From an uncultured Chloroflexia bacterium (GTDB taxonomy: Bacteria; Chloroflexota; Limnocylindria; QHBO01), in the NCBI GenBank assembly GCA_963828485.1, contig CAWHEV010000009.1:135318-199317 (forward strand): DNA of 64,000 nt, in the 5' to 3' direction. The notes beneath the pieces are model-generated. The model did not search any database, was not told where the DNA came from, and worked only from the letters and a program-made list of their open reading frames with translations. A program made the position numbers and the translations under genes. Positions 8,787-18,207 of this stretch are shown here, one piece after another; the stretch's first letter is position 1, and every line of letters begins with the position of its first letter.

Positions 8787-10367
8787 TCAGTCGGGGAAGA
8801 TGCGCCGAAGTCGCCGGTAGGCGCGTCCGGTCGGTCCGGGCGGCGCAACCGGTCGGTATCGGAGCGCCGAGGGCGGGAACGCGAGCGATGGCGCAGGTCG
8901 CGTCCCCTGCTGCCGGTCCGCCGCGGCAGGGGGCAGGGAACGTTCCCGAAGCCCGGCTGGCTCCCGGGTCTCCGTCGCCTCGGCCGCCTTTTCAGGCTCG
9001 GCCGTGGTCTCGGGCCGGGCCGTGTTCTCAGCTTCCTCGGCCCCCTCCGTCTCAGCGGCCGTATCGGGCTCCGCGGCCGCCACGGGTTCGGCCGCCCCGA
9101 GGTCACTTTCGTCCTGGATCGGTTCAGGCTCATCGCGCACCGGCGCCTCGTCTTGCGGCGCCGCCGAAGATGCCGGCGTCCCACCTGCGGCGCCCAGCGC
9201 CTCGAGGGCAGAGTCGAGCTCCGAGGCGCCGGGCAGGATCCCCTCCGCCGGGGACGCATCGCCCGGCTCGGGGGCACCGTCGCTGCCGAGCCAGAGGAGC
9301 GTCTCTTCCGGGTCGTCGCGCGCCGGCTCCACGCTCGGTTCCCCATCCGCGGGCTCCGCGCTCGGTTCCGCCTCCGCAATCTCCTCGCTGGGCGGCGCGG
9401 CCGCGGCCTCCGCAGCACGGATGAAGTCGTCGGCCTCGGCTTCGAACCAATCGGGCTCGTCGATGGTCGTCGTGTACCGATCGGCGTCCCACTCCAACGG
9501 ATCGGTCAGCGGCGGCCCTTGCCCCGGCTCGGCCTGGCCCTCCGCCGGCTCGGCTGTCTCTACGGTCCTGGTGATCGGCTCCGGCGCCACGTGGGGAGCC
9601 TGGACGCCGGCCGCGACGGGCTCGGCCTCGGGTTCCGGCCCCGGAGGGCTCGCCGGCTCGGCCGCCTCTTCCGCCACGAGGACCGGTTCGGCGGCGGGAA
9701 GCTCGCGAGGCAGGATCGACTCCGCCGGCTCGGCAGGCTCCGGCCGCACCGGGGGAGCGGCTCCCTCGCCCGCCTCCATCGAGGGGAGCTCGGGCGGGCT
9801 CGGATCCTCGGCGCGCGCCAGCGCCTCGGCGAAGCTCTCCGTCGCACGCCGCGGGCCGCGAGTCCGCGCGCGGTGCTCCTCTGGCTCCGCCGGCCGTTCC
9901 GCTCCGGCACCTGGCTGCGGGGCGGTCGGCACGACCGTCTGCTCGAAACCGTACGGAGTGGGACCGGGGGCCCAGCCGGACGGCATCCGCTGCGTTCCCG
10001 GACCCGGCAGCCCCAGATCCATGCGCGCCTCGAGCAGATCCACCCGCGAGCGGAGCGAGGCAACCTCGCCGCGGGACTCGCCGAGCGCGAGGAGCGCCTG
10101 GCCGTAGCGCTCGGTGAGGTTCCTGAACTCCGTCAGGAGCTCACGGAAGGGCGACAGCTCTCGCTCGGGCTCGGTCCCTCCGCCGTTGGTGGGCGACGCC
10201 GCTTCCGCCGGCGGCGGGGCCGCGGCCTGGCGCGGCTGGAGGAAGACGCGCATCCCGGTCTCTCCCTCCGGCGTCCCGGCCAGCACCCCGCGCGCCAGCA
10301 GCTCCCAGACGCGCTCGACCGGCACGCCCAGGACCGATGCCGCCTCATTGACCGAGTAGCCGTCCAT
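8787..10367 (-). CDS. helix-turn-helix (MerR/excisionase-type) DNA-binding protein with a long Pro/Glu/Ala-rich acidic disordered region
   Basis: The N-terminus MDGYSVNEAASVLGVPVERVWELLARGVL is a classic HTH_17-type motif. It is followed by about 450 aa of low-complexity PEA-rich sequence and a basic C-terminus. Start chosen at ATG 10365-10367. The ORF is open up to 10478, but that would overlap glgP. Confidence 0.6.
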   Translation of the reverse strand: MDGYSVNEAASVLGVPVERVWELLARGVLAGTPEGETGMRVFLQPRQAAAPPPAEAASPTNGGGTEPERELSPFRELLTEFRNLTERYGQALLALGESRGEVASLRSRVDLLEARMDLGLPGPGTQRMPSGWAPGPTPYGFEQTVVPTAPQPGAGAERPAEPEEHRARTRGPRRATESFAEALARAEDPSPPELPSMEAGEGAAPPVRPEPAEPAESILPRELPAAEPVLVAEEAAEPASPPGPEPEAEPVAAGVQAPHVAPEPITRTVETAEPAEGQAEPGQGPPLTDPLEWDADRYTTTIDEPDWFEAEADDFIRAAEAAAAPPSEEIAEAEPSAEPADGEPSVEPARDDPEETLLWLGSDGAPEPGDASPAEGILPGASELDSALEALGAAGGTPASSAAPQDEAPVRDEPEPIQDESDLGAAEPVAAAEPDTAAETEGAEEAENTARPETTAEPEKAAEATETREPAGLRERSLPPAAADRQQGTRPAPSLAFPPSALRYRPVAPPGPTGRAYRRLRRIFPD

Positions 10368-10459
10368 CAGGATGGCCGCTAGGGTACTGCCTCGCCCACC
10401 CGTGACAAGCGCTGCCGCCAACCGCGTCGGGCCCTGTGGGCGCATGAGGGGCCAGGCAG

Positions 10460-12643
10460 GTGGGCGTCCCGCTATCATCGGTGCCCGTGACCGACTCCCT
10501 GCGCGTGCCGACTCTTCCCGGCCACGTCTTCAACCTGCCGGCGGAGCTCGAGGGCCTCGGCGAGCTCGCCTACAACCTGTGGTGGACCTGGACCCCGCGG
10601 GCGCAGGCGCTCTTCAGCCGCATCAATGGCGGGGCGTGGACCCGCCATCGCAACGCGATCGCGGTGATGCGCTACACCGACCACGCGCGTTGGGCCGAGC
10701 TGACCGCCGACGAGGACTTCAGGGTCGACGCCAGCCGGGTGCTGGACGAGTTCGACCGGTACATGACGAACGGAGCGGGGTCGTGGTATCGAGCGACGCC
10801 GGAGCGTGCCCTCCCGGGGCCCATCGCCTACTTCTGCGCCGAGTTCGGAATCCACGAGTCGATGCAGATCTACTCCGGCGGCCTCGGCGTGCTGGCCGGC
10901 GACCATTGCAAGTCGGCCTCCGACGCGGCGCTGCCCTTCGTCGGCATCGGACTCCTCTACCGCCGCGGCTACTTCCGGCAGCAGATCGACGCCGATGGGC
11001 ACCAGGAGCATGCCCAGCCGGACCTGGATCCGTCGCAGCTGCCCCTGCGGCGCGCCCGCGCGCGCGACGGCGGCCCGCTCCAGGTCTCGGTCGAGATGGC
11101 CGAACGCATGGTCCATGCGGCAGTCTGGGTGGCGCAGGTCGGGCGCGTCCCGATCCTGCTGCTCGACACCGACATCCCCGCCAACGAGGCTCCCGACCGG
11201 CCGATCACACACATCCTCTACGTCCGTGGGCGCGAGATGCGGCTGTGCCAGGAGCTGGTGCTCGGCATCGGCGGCGTGCGAGCGCTGCGCGAGATCGGGA
11301 TCTCGCCGGCGGTATGGCACCTCAACGAGGGGCACTCCGCGTTCCTCCTGCTCGAGCGGGCACGCGAGCTCATCGCGAACGACCCTGGGCTTGCGCCCGG
11401 CGAGGCCCTCCGCCGCGTGGGGCGCGACGCCGTCTTCACCATCCACACGCCGGTACCCGCCGGGAACGAGACGTTCGATCGCGCCATCGCGGCGCCGGCC
11501 CTCGGCTCGTGGTTCGAGGCCACCTCGGCGGTCCCGGACGAGCTGATGGAGCTCGGTCGCGGACAGACCGACGCGCCGGACGCACCGTTCGACATGACCG
11601 CCTTCGTCCTGCGCCATGCCGTTGCGGCCAACGCGGTATCGAAGCTCCACGCGCGCACGGCGACGGAGACGTGGGAGGGGCTCGCCGGACATCCGATCGA
11701 GGCGATCACCAACGGTGTGCACGTGCCGACCTGGATGGGCCGGCCTGTGCGGCGCGTCATCAAGGCGGCCATCGGCGTTCCGCTGGGCGTCGACATGGAC
11801 GGCCCGGAGGCTCTGGCCGGCCTCGGCGAGATGGACGACGAGGAGCTGTGGAGCGCCCATCGCCAGCAGAAGCGCGAGATGGTCGCGTTCCTCGAGGGCC
11901 GCCTGGCCCGGCAGTTCGCTCGTCATGGCGAGTCGCCCAGGACGCTGCGCGAGCTGCGCGGCGTCCTCGATCCCGACGCGCTCACGATCGGCTTCGCACG
12001 CAGGTTCGCCACCTACAAGCGCGCGGATCTCCTGTTCCGTGACGAGGAGCGGCTGGCCCGGATCCTGTCGTCAGCGGATCGCCCGGTCCAGGTCGTCATC
12101 GCCGGAAAGGCCCATCCGGCCGACCGGCCCGGACAGCAGGTGATCCAGCACATCTTCACGCTGTCGCGCTCGGAGCACCTGCGCGGGCGCGTCTTCATCG
12201 TCGAGGACTACGACGTTCGGATCGCGCGTTTCCTCGTGGGCGGAGTCGACCTGTGGCTGAACAACCCACGGCGGCCGATGGAGGCTTCGGGGACCTCGGG
12301 CATGAAGGCGGCGATCAACGGCATCCCGTCGGTCTCGATCCTCGACGGATGGTGGGACGAGGGCTACGACGGCCTCAATGGCTGGGCGATCGGCGACCGC
12401 GAGGCCGACGGCGACGAGCCGATGCAGGATGCGGCCGATGCCGGCGAGCTGTATCGGCTCCTCGAGGAGGAGATCGTCCCCCGCTTCTTCGAGCGCGGTC
12501 CGGGCGGCGTCCCGGCGGCGTGGGTCGCGACCATGCGCGCCTCGATCGCCGCCGCGCTGTGGCAGTTCAGCACGGCCCGCATGCTCACCGAGTACACCGA
12601 TCGCCTCTACCTGCCCGCAGTGCGGGAGCCGGCTCGAGCCTGA
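10460..12643 (+). CDS. glgP: alpha-glucan (maltodextrin/glycogen) phosphorylase, GT35 family
   Basis: 727 aa with the DUF3417-type N-terminus (ELAYNLWWTW) and the PLP-lysine region (EASGTSGMKAAINGIPSVSILDGWWDE). GTG start at 10460 with GAGGGG upstream. Confidence 0.88.
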   Translation: MGVPLSSVPVTDSLRVPTLPGHVFNLPAELEGLGELAYNLWWTWTPRAQALFSRINGGAWTRHRNAIAVMRYTDHARWAELTADEDFRVDASRVLDEFDRYMTNGAGSWYRATPERALPGPIAYFCAEFGIHESMQIYSGGLGVLAGDHCKSASDAALPFVGIGLLYRRGYFRQQIDADGHQEHAQPDLDPSQLPLRRARARDGGPLQVSVEMAERMVHAAVWVAQVGRVPILLLDTDIPANEAPDRPITHILYVRGREMRLCQELVLGIGGVRALREIGISPAVWHLNEGHSAFLLLERARELIANDPGLAPGEALRRVGRDAVFTIHTPVPAGNETFDRAIAAPALGSWFEATSAVPDELMELGRGQTDAPDAPFDMTAFVLRHAVAANAVSKLHARTATETWEGLAGHPIEAITNGVHVPTWMGRPVRRVIKAAIGVPLGVDMDGPEALAGLGEMDDEELWSAHRQQKREMVAFLEGRLARQFARHGESPRTLRELRGVLDPDALTIGFARRFATYKRADLLFRDEERLARILSSADRPVQVVIAGKAHPADRPGQQVIQHIFTLSRSEHLRGRVFIVEDYDVRIARFLVGGVDLWLNNPRRPMEASGTSGMKAAINGIPSVSILDGWWDEGYDGLNGWAIGDREADGDEPMQDAADAGELYRLLEEEIVPRFFERGPGGVPAAWVATMRASIAAALWQFSTARMLTEYTDRLYLPAVREPARA

Positions 12644-12658
12644 ACCGCGCCGGGCCGG

Positions 12659-14086
12659 CTACGGAAGGTAGCGGCGCGGATTCTCCCAGACGCCGTGGTC
12701 GTTGACGGCGAAGTGGACGTGGCACCCCGTCGAGAGGCCCGTTGTGCCCTCGTACCCGATGACCGACTCGCTCGTCACGATCGTGCCCGGCGACACGACG
12801 ACCTGCGGCTGCATGTGCCAGTACCAGGTCTGGATCCCGCCACCGTGGTCGACCACGACGCCGAACCCCGTGTCCCATGGCATCAGGGGCTGGCCCGAGG
12901 CAACCACCACGCCGGCACCTGCGGCATAGATGCGCGAGCCGCAGCCGGAGGTGAAGTCGATTCCCGCATGGAAGTGCGGGTAGTACGTGCCGCCGTAGGT
13001 GTAGGGCGGTTCGAGCTGGAAGTTCGTTGGGCCCCACTCCTGGGTGGTCTCGGTCGGGCGCTCCGGCCAGCGGAAGCCGAAGCTCGACGTGGCGTTGGAT
13101 GCGGCCTGCTCGGCAGCCCGGCGGCGTGCCTCTTCTGCCGCACGCCGCTTCGCCTCGGCGATCGCCGCCTCCTGGGCCTGAGCCTGGGCCTGGAGCCGCG
13201 ACGCGAGCTCCGCCATCGCCTGCGCGGCGCGCTCGTTCTGCGCGATCTTGGCCTCGACGTCATCCTCGGCGGCGAGGGCGGCATTGAGCGCCGACTCCTG
13301 TGCCGCGCGCTTCTCGTCGGCCGCGACCCGGAGGCTCGCCAGCTCGGCCTGGAGTCCGGCGAGGTCGTCGCGCCGCGCGACGAGCGCCGCCTCCTCGTCC
13401 TCGGCTACGAGGCGCGCCTCTCCGAGCGCACGCCGTCCGTCGCGGAGGGTGGCCCGACGCGTCTCGAGCTCGGCACGGATCCCGCGGACCTCCTCGGCCA
13501 GCGCGGCATCCTGCTCCGAGACGGCCATCAGGTACCCGACCTGGGTGGTGACCTCGTCGAGCGAATCGGCCGACAGCAGGAATTCGAGCAGCGACGTCTG
13601 GCTGCGTTCGTAGGCGGACCGCAGGTGATCCTCCAGCAGCGCTTCGCGCTCCGCCAGTTCGGCCATACGAAGGCGGATCTCCTCCGTCAGGGCGGTCAGC
13701 TCGTCATCGAGCGCGGCGATCTGCTCGTGCAGCTCGACGAGGCGCGCCTCGATGTCGGCGATGTCGGCCTCGACCTCGGTGAGGAGGCCCGTGACGTGCT
13801 CGAACTCGGCGGTGACGGCCGCCAGCTCGGCGCGGGCGGCGTCGAGCCGGCCGTCGAGACGCGCCGAGCGGTCTCGCAGGTGCGAGAGCTCCTCGCGCTG
13901 CTGATCCAGGGCAGCGGCCAGCGCCGCGCGCGTCGACCGCGCGTCGGCCAGCTTGGCGCGCGTTTCGGCGAGTTCGGAGTGAGGGTCTGCGGCTAGGGCA
14001 CGATTGCCGGGCTGAATTGTGACGACGCTCCAGCCCACCGTCAGCAGGGCGACGAACGCGACGGCGAGGCCGGATTGCCGCTTCAT
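12659..14086 (-). CDS. M23 family metallopeptidase with N-terminal anchor and long coiled-coil (EnvC-like)
   Basis: 475 aa: signal/TM segment (LAVAFVALLTVGW), about 300 aa of Ala/Glu/Arg/Leu-rich coiled coil, and a C-terminal M23 domain (HAGIDF...GCHVHFAV). Confidence 0.85.
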   Translation of the reverse strand: MKRQSGLAVAFVALLTVGWSVVTIQPGNRALAADPHSELAETRAKLADARSTRAALAAALDQQREELSHLRDRSARLDGRLDAARAELAAVTAEFEHVTGLLTEVEADIADIEARLVELHEQIAALDDELTALTEEIRLRMAELAEREALLEDHLRSAYERSQTSLLEFLLSADSLDEVTTQVGYLMAVSEQDAALAEEVRGIRAELETRRATLRDGRRALGEARLVAEDEEAALVARRDDLAGLQAELASLRVAADEKRAAQESALNAALAAEDDVEAKIAQNERAAQAMAELASRLQAQAQAQEAAIAEAKRRAAEEARRRAAEQAASNATSSFGFRWPERPTETTQEWGPTNFQLEPPYTYGGTYYPHFHAGIDFTSGCGSRIYAAGAGVVVASGQPLMPWDTGFGVVVDHGGGIQTWYWHMQPQVVVSPGTIVTSESVIGYEGTTGLSTGCHVHFAVNDHGVWENPRRYLP

Positions 14087-14217
14087 CGAGCGGTGATCCG
14101 CACTGTGATGCCCTTATCTGCCCCTTGCGAGAGAGAGGGGCCGATGGTGCCTAGCGCCTAATGGCGCAGGAAGGTGCCCAAAGTACTACAGAGTGTCCAG
14201 TACCTCTCCCGACCGCA

Positions 14218-15243
14218 CTAGTACTCGTCGCGCTTTGTGAGGCGCCCGATCACGATCCCAACCAGGGCCGCACCCGCAAACCAGGCCGCTCGGGAGCCGC
14301 CCTTCGCGTCCGGCGCCCTCGGCGCCTTCTCGGCGGCGGCAGCGGCTCGTTGCGCCTCCTCCGCGCTGATGCGGTCATCCTCAGACAGCGCATTGGCGCG
14401 CGCCACCTCCGCACCGATGAGGATGACCGCGCTTGCGAAGTAGAGGAACACCAGCAGGCTGATGCCCGCCGAGAGCGGGCCGTAGAAGGAGTCGTACCGG
14501 GCGATGCTCGTGGCGTACCAGGTGAAGCCGAAGCGAAGGAGCGTCCACAGGAGCGTGCCGATGATGGCGCCGGGCAGGACCTCTCGCCAGCCCACCGGGC
14601 GGTTCGGGACGATGCGGTAGATGGTCCACAGCGCGGCGAAGATGAGCAGGACCGGCACCACCAGACCGATGACCTGGATGCCCAGCTCACCGATGGGGAG
14701 GCCGGCGAGCTCCTGATCGGTCAGCCGCTGGAGAATTCCCGTCACGATGCCGATCGCGAACGAGGCGATGACGAGGACGCCCGTCAGCGCCATGAGCGTG
14801 AGGCCAAGGATCTGCTGGTGCAGAAACCCACGGACGGGTGCCTGCGCGAACGCGCGGCCAATCCCGTTCGAGAGGGCGGAGAAGATGCCCAGGGCCGCCC
14901 AGACCAGGAAGGCGAAGCTGATGAGCGTCATGGTTCCCCGCGCGGCGATGGCGCCGTCGATGATCTGCCCAGCCGTCTCCGCGTCGAGCGGCGTGCCATT
15001 GTCGACCGCCTCGACGACGAACTCCCGAGCCGGTCCCTCGCCAAGGAAGATCGAGAGGACGACGACGGCGAGCACGATGAGCTGGAAGAGAGACAGCACC
15101 GCGAAGTAAGCCATGCCGCCGGCGTACTGGAGCCCCTCGTGCTCGAGGAATCCCTCGACTGCGCGGCGCGTGACCTTCGTCCACGGGCGTCGCAGCGTCC
15201 ACCGGTCCAGCGATGCGATCAGCCGCTCAATTCGCTTGATCAT
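14218..15243 (-). CDS. YihY/BrkB (virulence factor BrkB / RNase BN-like) family membrane protein
   Basis: 341 aa with six predicted TM helices and the conserved YihY N-terminus (GGMAYFAVLSLFQLIVL). Confidence 0.8.
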   Translation of the reverse strand: MIKRIERLIASLDRWTLRRPWTKVTRRAVEGFLEHEGLQYAGGMAYFAVLSLFQLIVLAVVVLSIFLGEGPAREFVVEAVDNGTPLDAETAGQIIDGAIAARGTMTLISFAFLVWAALGIFSALSNGIGRAFAQAPVRGFLHQQILGLTLMALTGVLVIASFAIGIVTGILQRLTDQELAGLPIGELGIQVIGLVVPVLLIFAALWTIYRIVPNRPVGWREVLPGAIIGTLLWTLLRFGFTWYATSIARYDSFYGPLSAGISLLVFLYFASAVILIGAEVARANALSEDDRISAEEAQRAAAAAEKAPRAPDAKGGSRAAWFAGAALVGIVIGRLTKRDEY

Positions 15244-15302
15244 TCGTCGTCCTTCGTGGGCACGGTACGTGCCACGTTGAGCCTACCGCTACCCTTGGTG
15301 CC

Positions 15303-16700
15303 ATGGCACCGTCCGATGCCGTGATGCTCTCGCTCGACGGGTTCGAGGTGAAGGTCAGCAATCCCGGCAAGCTCTATTTCAAGGATGCCGGGATCACCAA
15401 GATTGAGCTCGTCGAGTACTACCTGGCTGTGGCGGACGGCGCCCTGCTCGGCGTCGGCGACCGGCCGATGGCGTTGAAGCGCTTCGTCGATGGCGCCGAG
15501 GGCGAAGCCTTCTTCCAGAAGCGCGCACCGAAGTCCGTCCCCGAGTTCGTCCGCACCGTCGAGCTCTCCTTTCCATCCGGCCGCACCGCCGACGAGGTGG
15601 TCGTCGACAACCGGGCGGCACTCGCATGGGTCATCAACCTCGGGTGCATCGACCTGAACCCACACCCGGTCCGTGGCGGTGACCTCGACCACCCCGACGA
15701 GCTGCGCGTCGACCTGGATCCCGGTCCCGGCGTGTCGTGGTCCGACGTTCGCCGGGTGGCCCTCGTCGTGCGCGAGGTCCTCGAAGACCTCGGCTATACC
15801 GGATGGCCGAAGACGTCCGGGTCGCGCGGCATCCACGTCTACGTGCGCGTGGAGCCGCAGTGGAGCTTCACCGAAGTTCGCCGCTCGGCGCTCGCCCTGG
15901 CGCGCGAGGTCGAACGACGGGCGCCCTCGATCGCCACGAGCAAGTGGTGGAAGGAAGAGCGCCACGGGGTCTTCCTCGACTACAACCAGAACGCGAAGGA
16001 CCGCACGGTCGCATCGGTCTACTCGGTGCGGCCGCGACCGACGGCGACGGTGAGTACCCCGCTCACCTGGGACGAGGTGCCCGACGCCGAGATGGAGGAC
16101 TTCACGCTGCGCACGGTCCCGGAGCGGTATCGGAGCCTCGGGGACGTCGGCGCCGGCATCGACGCTCGGGCCCATTCGCTCGAGCCGCTCCTCGAGCTCG
16201 TGGCTCGCCACGAGGCCGAGGGCCTCGGTGACGCGGCCTGGCCGCCGAACTACGCGAAGCAGCCGGGTGAGCCGCCCCGGGTCCAGCCCTCGAAGCGGCG
16301 GACACCGGCGAAGCGGCGGACACCGGCGAAGGGCGATGCTCCCGATCCATCCGCGCCGCGTGGAAGGGCCGGATCCGTTCCTCCGGCCATCCCCTCCGCA
16401 CCGGCGCGCAACCCGGACGGAACGGTCCCGCCGACCGGGCGTCGACGATCGACCCAGCCACTGCTCGTGATCAGCCAGGCGGCGGACAAGGCCGATGCGC
16501 TCGCCGGGCTCGACCGCTGGCGCGCGCGGCACCCCGAGGCCGCTGCGCACGTGCGCGACCCGGAGGACGTCCTGGTCGACGGGATGCGCGGCCGTTACAA
16601 GGTCTGGTGGCGGATCAGAGTCAACCTGCGCAGCGTCCCGGAGCCACTGCGGCCGGCAGCCGAGCCACCTGACCCCGACTACGACCCCTGGACCGAGTGA
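15303..16700 (+). CDS. stand-alone LigD-type primase-polymerase domain (NHEJ PolDom / PolD-like) with C-terminal extension
   Basis: 465 aa. The first ~300 aa match the LigD polymerase domain: KLYFKDAGITKIELVEYY, GCIDLNPHPV, SGSRGIHVYVRV, and KDRTVASVYSVRP. It is followed by a Pro/Lys/Arg-rich linker containing an exact tandem KRRTPA-KRRTPA repeat, and a ~90-aa C-terminal domain of unknown function. Confidence 0.85.
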   Translation: MAPSDAVMLSLDGFEVKVSNPGKLYFKDAGITKIELVEYYLAVADGALLGVGDRPMALKRFVDGAEGEAFFQKRAPKSVPEFVRTVELSFPSGRTADEVVVDNRAALAWVINLGCIDLNPHPVRGGDLDHPDELRVDLDPGPGVSWSDVRRVALVVREVLEDLGYTGWPKTSGSRGIHVYVRVEPQWSFTEVRRSALALAREVERRAPSIATSKWWKEERHGVFLDYNQNAKDRTVASVYSVRPRPTATVSTPLTWDEVPDAEMEDFTLRTVPERYRSLGDVGAGIDARAHSLEPLLELVARHEAEGLGDAAWPPNYAKQPGEPPRVQPSKRRTPAKRRTPAKGDAPDPSAPRGRAGSVPPAIPSAPARNPDGTVPPTGRRRSTQPLLVISQAADKADALAGLDRWRARHPEAAAHVRDPEDVLVDGMRGRYKVWWRIRVNLRSVPEPLRPAAEPPDPDYDPWTE

Positions 16701-16719
16701 CCGACAGCCGCGACTGAGG

Positions 16720-17850
16720 CTATGCGCCGGACTCGGCAGGCGACGGACGGCGGCCCAACACGAATCCGAGCAGGGCCACTACGATGCCGATCACGGCCAG
16801 GAGGACCGCTGTCCCGAGCATGGCGTCGGCGACCGCATTCATGATGTCTCCGATCGCGGCCCTCCCCTCGGGCGTCGCCGCTCCGTTGGCCAGCCCGGAC
16901 AGGATCAGGTCAACGGCGAACCAGCCGACGAGGGCGCCTACGAGTGCGGCCACACCGACGCGGACGAGCCCAGTCGCGAGTGAAGGGGCGAGGCCGATGG
17001 CCAGCGCCGCGAGGAGGATGGTGGCGCCCACGACCAGCCATGTCGCTCGATCGAAGGTGACAAGCAGATCCTGGGCGCTCTCGAGGCGCTCCTCGGACAT
17101 GATCGGAACCTGGCCGAAGTCGGGCGGCAGGTCCTGGCCGATCAGGGCGGCGAATCGAGCGACGGCGTCGTCCGCGTCCTCGGTGGTCTCGAAGGGTGGG
17201 ATCTCCCGATCGATCCCGATCAGCTCGATGCCGGCATTGATCACCTCCCGCAGCACCTCGGCCATGAGCGGAACCGCGTTCAGGCGCACCTCGCCGGACT
17301 CCACGACGAGGTTGGGCAGCTGATCGAGCTCGTCGCGCAGCAGCAGCACGGTCCGCTCGTGAGCAATCGCCGTGGTACGGAGCAGGAGGTCGATGCCCTC
17401 CGGAGACGACACGAGTTGCCCGACCACGCCACGGATCCGAGTCTCGATCCCCGAGGAGATCGTCGATGCGAGGTCTTGAAGCCCGAAGCCGGCCTGAAGG
17501 CGTTCGACGGCGGCGTCGGACAGGTCGAGGGCTTCCGCCAGCCTCGCGACCAGCCTGTCCTCGACACCCTGCAGCGTCGCGGCCGTGCGTTCCTCGAGCG
17601 CCAGCGCGGTGACCAGCTCGTCCGAGATCCGATCACTGACCAGCGCCTGCACGTTCTCGCTCTCGATCGCCGGCGTCACCGCATCCATGAACGCATCTGT
17701 TTCGAGCAGTGTGCGATGGGCCCACAGGCCGACGACCGAAGCCATGACGGCGACCGTGGTGAGCACCACGACCACCCAGGCCGCAATGGAGCGCCAGGGA
17801 ATAGCGGAGCCGTCGGCGGCGGGCGTCGCTTCCGGATCGGCGGACGTCAC
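16720..17850 (-). CDS. hypothetical membrane protein (N-terminal TM, soluble middle region, C-terminal multi-TM)
   Basis: 376 aa with hydrophobic segments at ~20-45 and ~265-360. Coding-like codon usage. Overlaps the upstream SHOCT gene by 4 nt. Confidence 0.55.
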   Translation of the reverse strand: MTSADPEATPAADGSAIPWRSIAAWVVVVLTTVAVMASVVGLWAHRTLLETDAFMDAVTPAIESENVQALVSDRISDELVTALALEERTAATLQGVEDRLVARLAEALDLSDAAVERLQAGFGLQDLASTISSGIETRIRGVVGQLVSSPEGIDLLLRTTAIAHERTVLLLRDELDQLPNLVVESGEVRLNAVPLMAEVLREVINAGIELIGIDREIPPFETTEDADDAVARFAALIGQDLPPDFGQVPIMSEERLESAQDLLVTFDRATWLVVGATILLAALAIGLAPSLATGLVRVGVAALVGALVGWFAVDLILSGLANGAATPEGRAAIGDIMNAVADAMLGTAVLLAVIGIVVALLGFVLGRRPSPAESGA

Positions 17851-18092
17851 GAGAGGCCGAGCAGCCGAGCCTTGGCCGCGCTGAACTCGATGTCGGTGAG
17901 GAGGCCGTCACGCTTCATGCGGCAGACGTCCTCCAGCTGGGCGCAGATGTCGGACGGGGCCGCCTCGAGCTGATCCGGGTGACGCCGTGCGAGCTCGCGC
18001 AGGAGATGCACGGAACCGCTGAGCACCGCGATGCGAGCCGTCGCGTCGATCAGCCCGGGCGGACGACGGATGATCCTGGGCCGGTCTGCCAT
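17847..18092 (-). CDS. SHOCT-domain small protein
   Basis: The C-terminus RMKRDGLLTDIEFSAAKARLLG matches the SHOCT (short C-terminal) motif. Start placed at the internal ATG (MADRPR...). The ORF is open up to 18173, so the start is uncertain. Confidence 0.5.
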   Translation of the reverse strand: MADRPRIIRRPPGLIDATARIAVLSGSVHLLRELARRHPDQLEAAPSDICAQLEDVCRMKRDGLLTDIEFSAAKARLLGLS

Positions 18093-18207
18093 CAATCCTC
18101 GGTTCCTGTCGCGAGGGCGGTGTTCCGTGCCAGTACGATGGCGGCGCACCGATCGGATGCCGATGCGTACCATACGGCGTCAGCCCAGACACCCGTGGAG
18201 GTATGCG

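Noticed and set aside
8787-10478. Using the first ATG (10476-10478, MIAGRPPAWPLMRPQ...) as the start of the HTH/PEA-rich protein
   Set aside because: That start would overlap the divergent glgP start region. The conserved HTH motif begins immediately at the internal ATG (10365-10367), which is where homologous excisionase-type proteins start. The internal start is preferred but the call is not certain.
12644-12658. Possible bidirectional terminator between glgP and the M23 peptidase (CCGCGCCG...CGGCGCGG with a 19-nt loop, about 12645-12690)
   Set aside because: The stem arms are separated by a long loop, there is no U-tract, and the second arm lies inside the peptidase coding sequence. Too weak to call.
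14087-14217. Lower-GC 130-bp island between the YihY gene and the M23 peptidase containing small inverted repeats (GCCCCTctctctcgcaAGGGGC; GTACT-N11-AGTAC)
   Set aside because: This is likely just the peptidase promoter/5' UTR plus a weak terminator for the upstream gene. The repeats are short, and no convincing -35/-10 or U-tract could be assigned.
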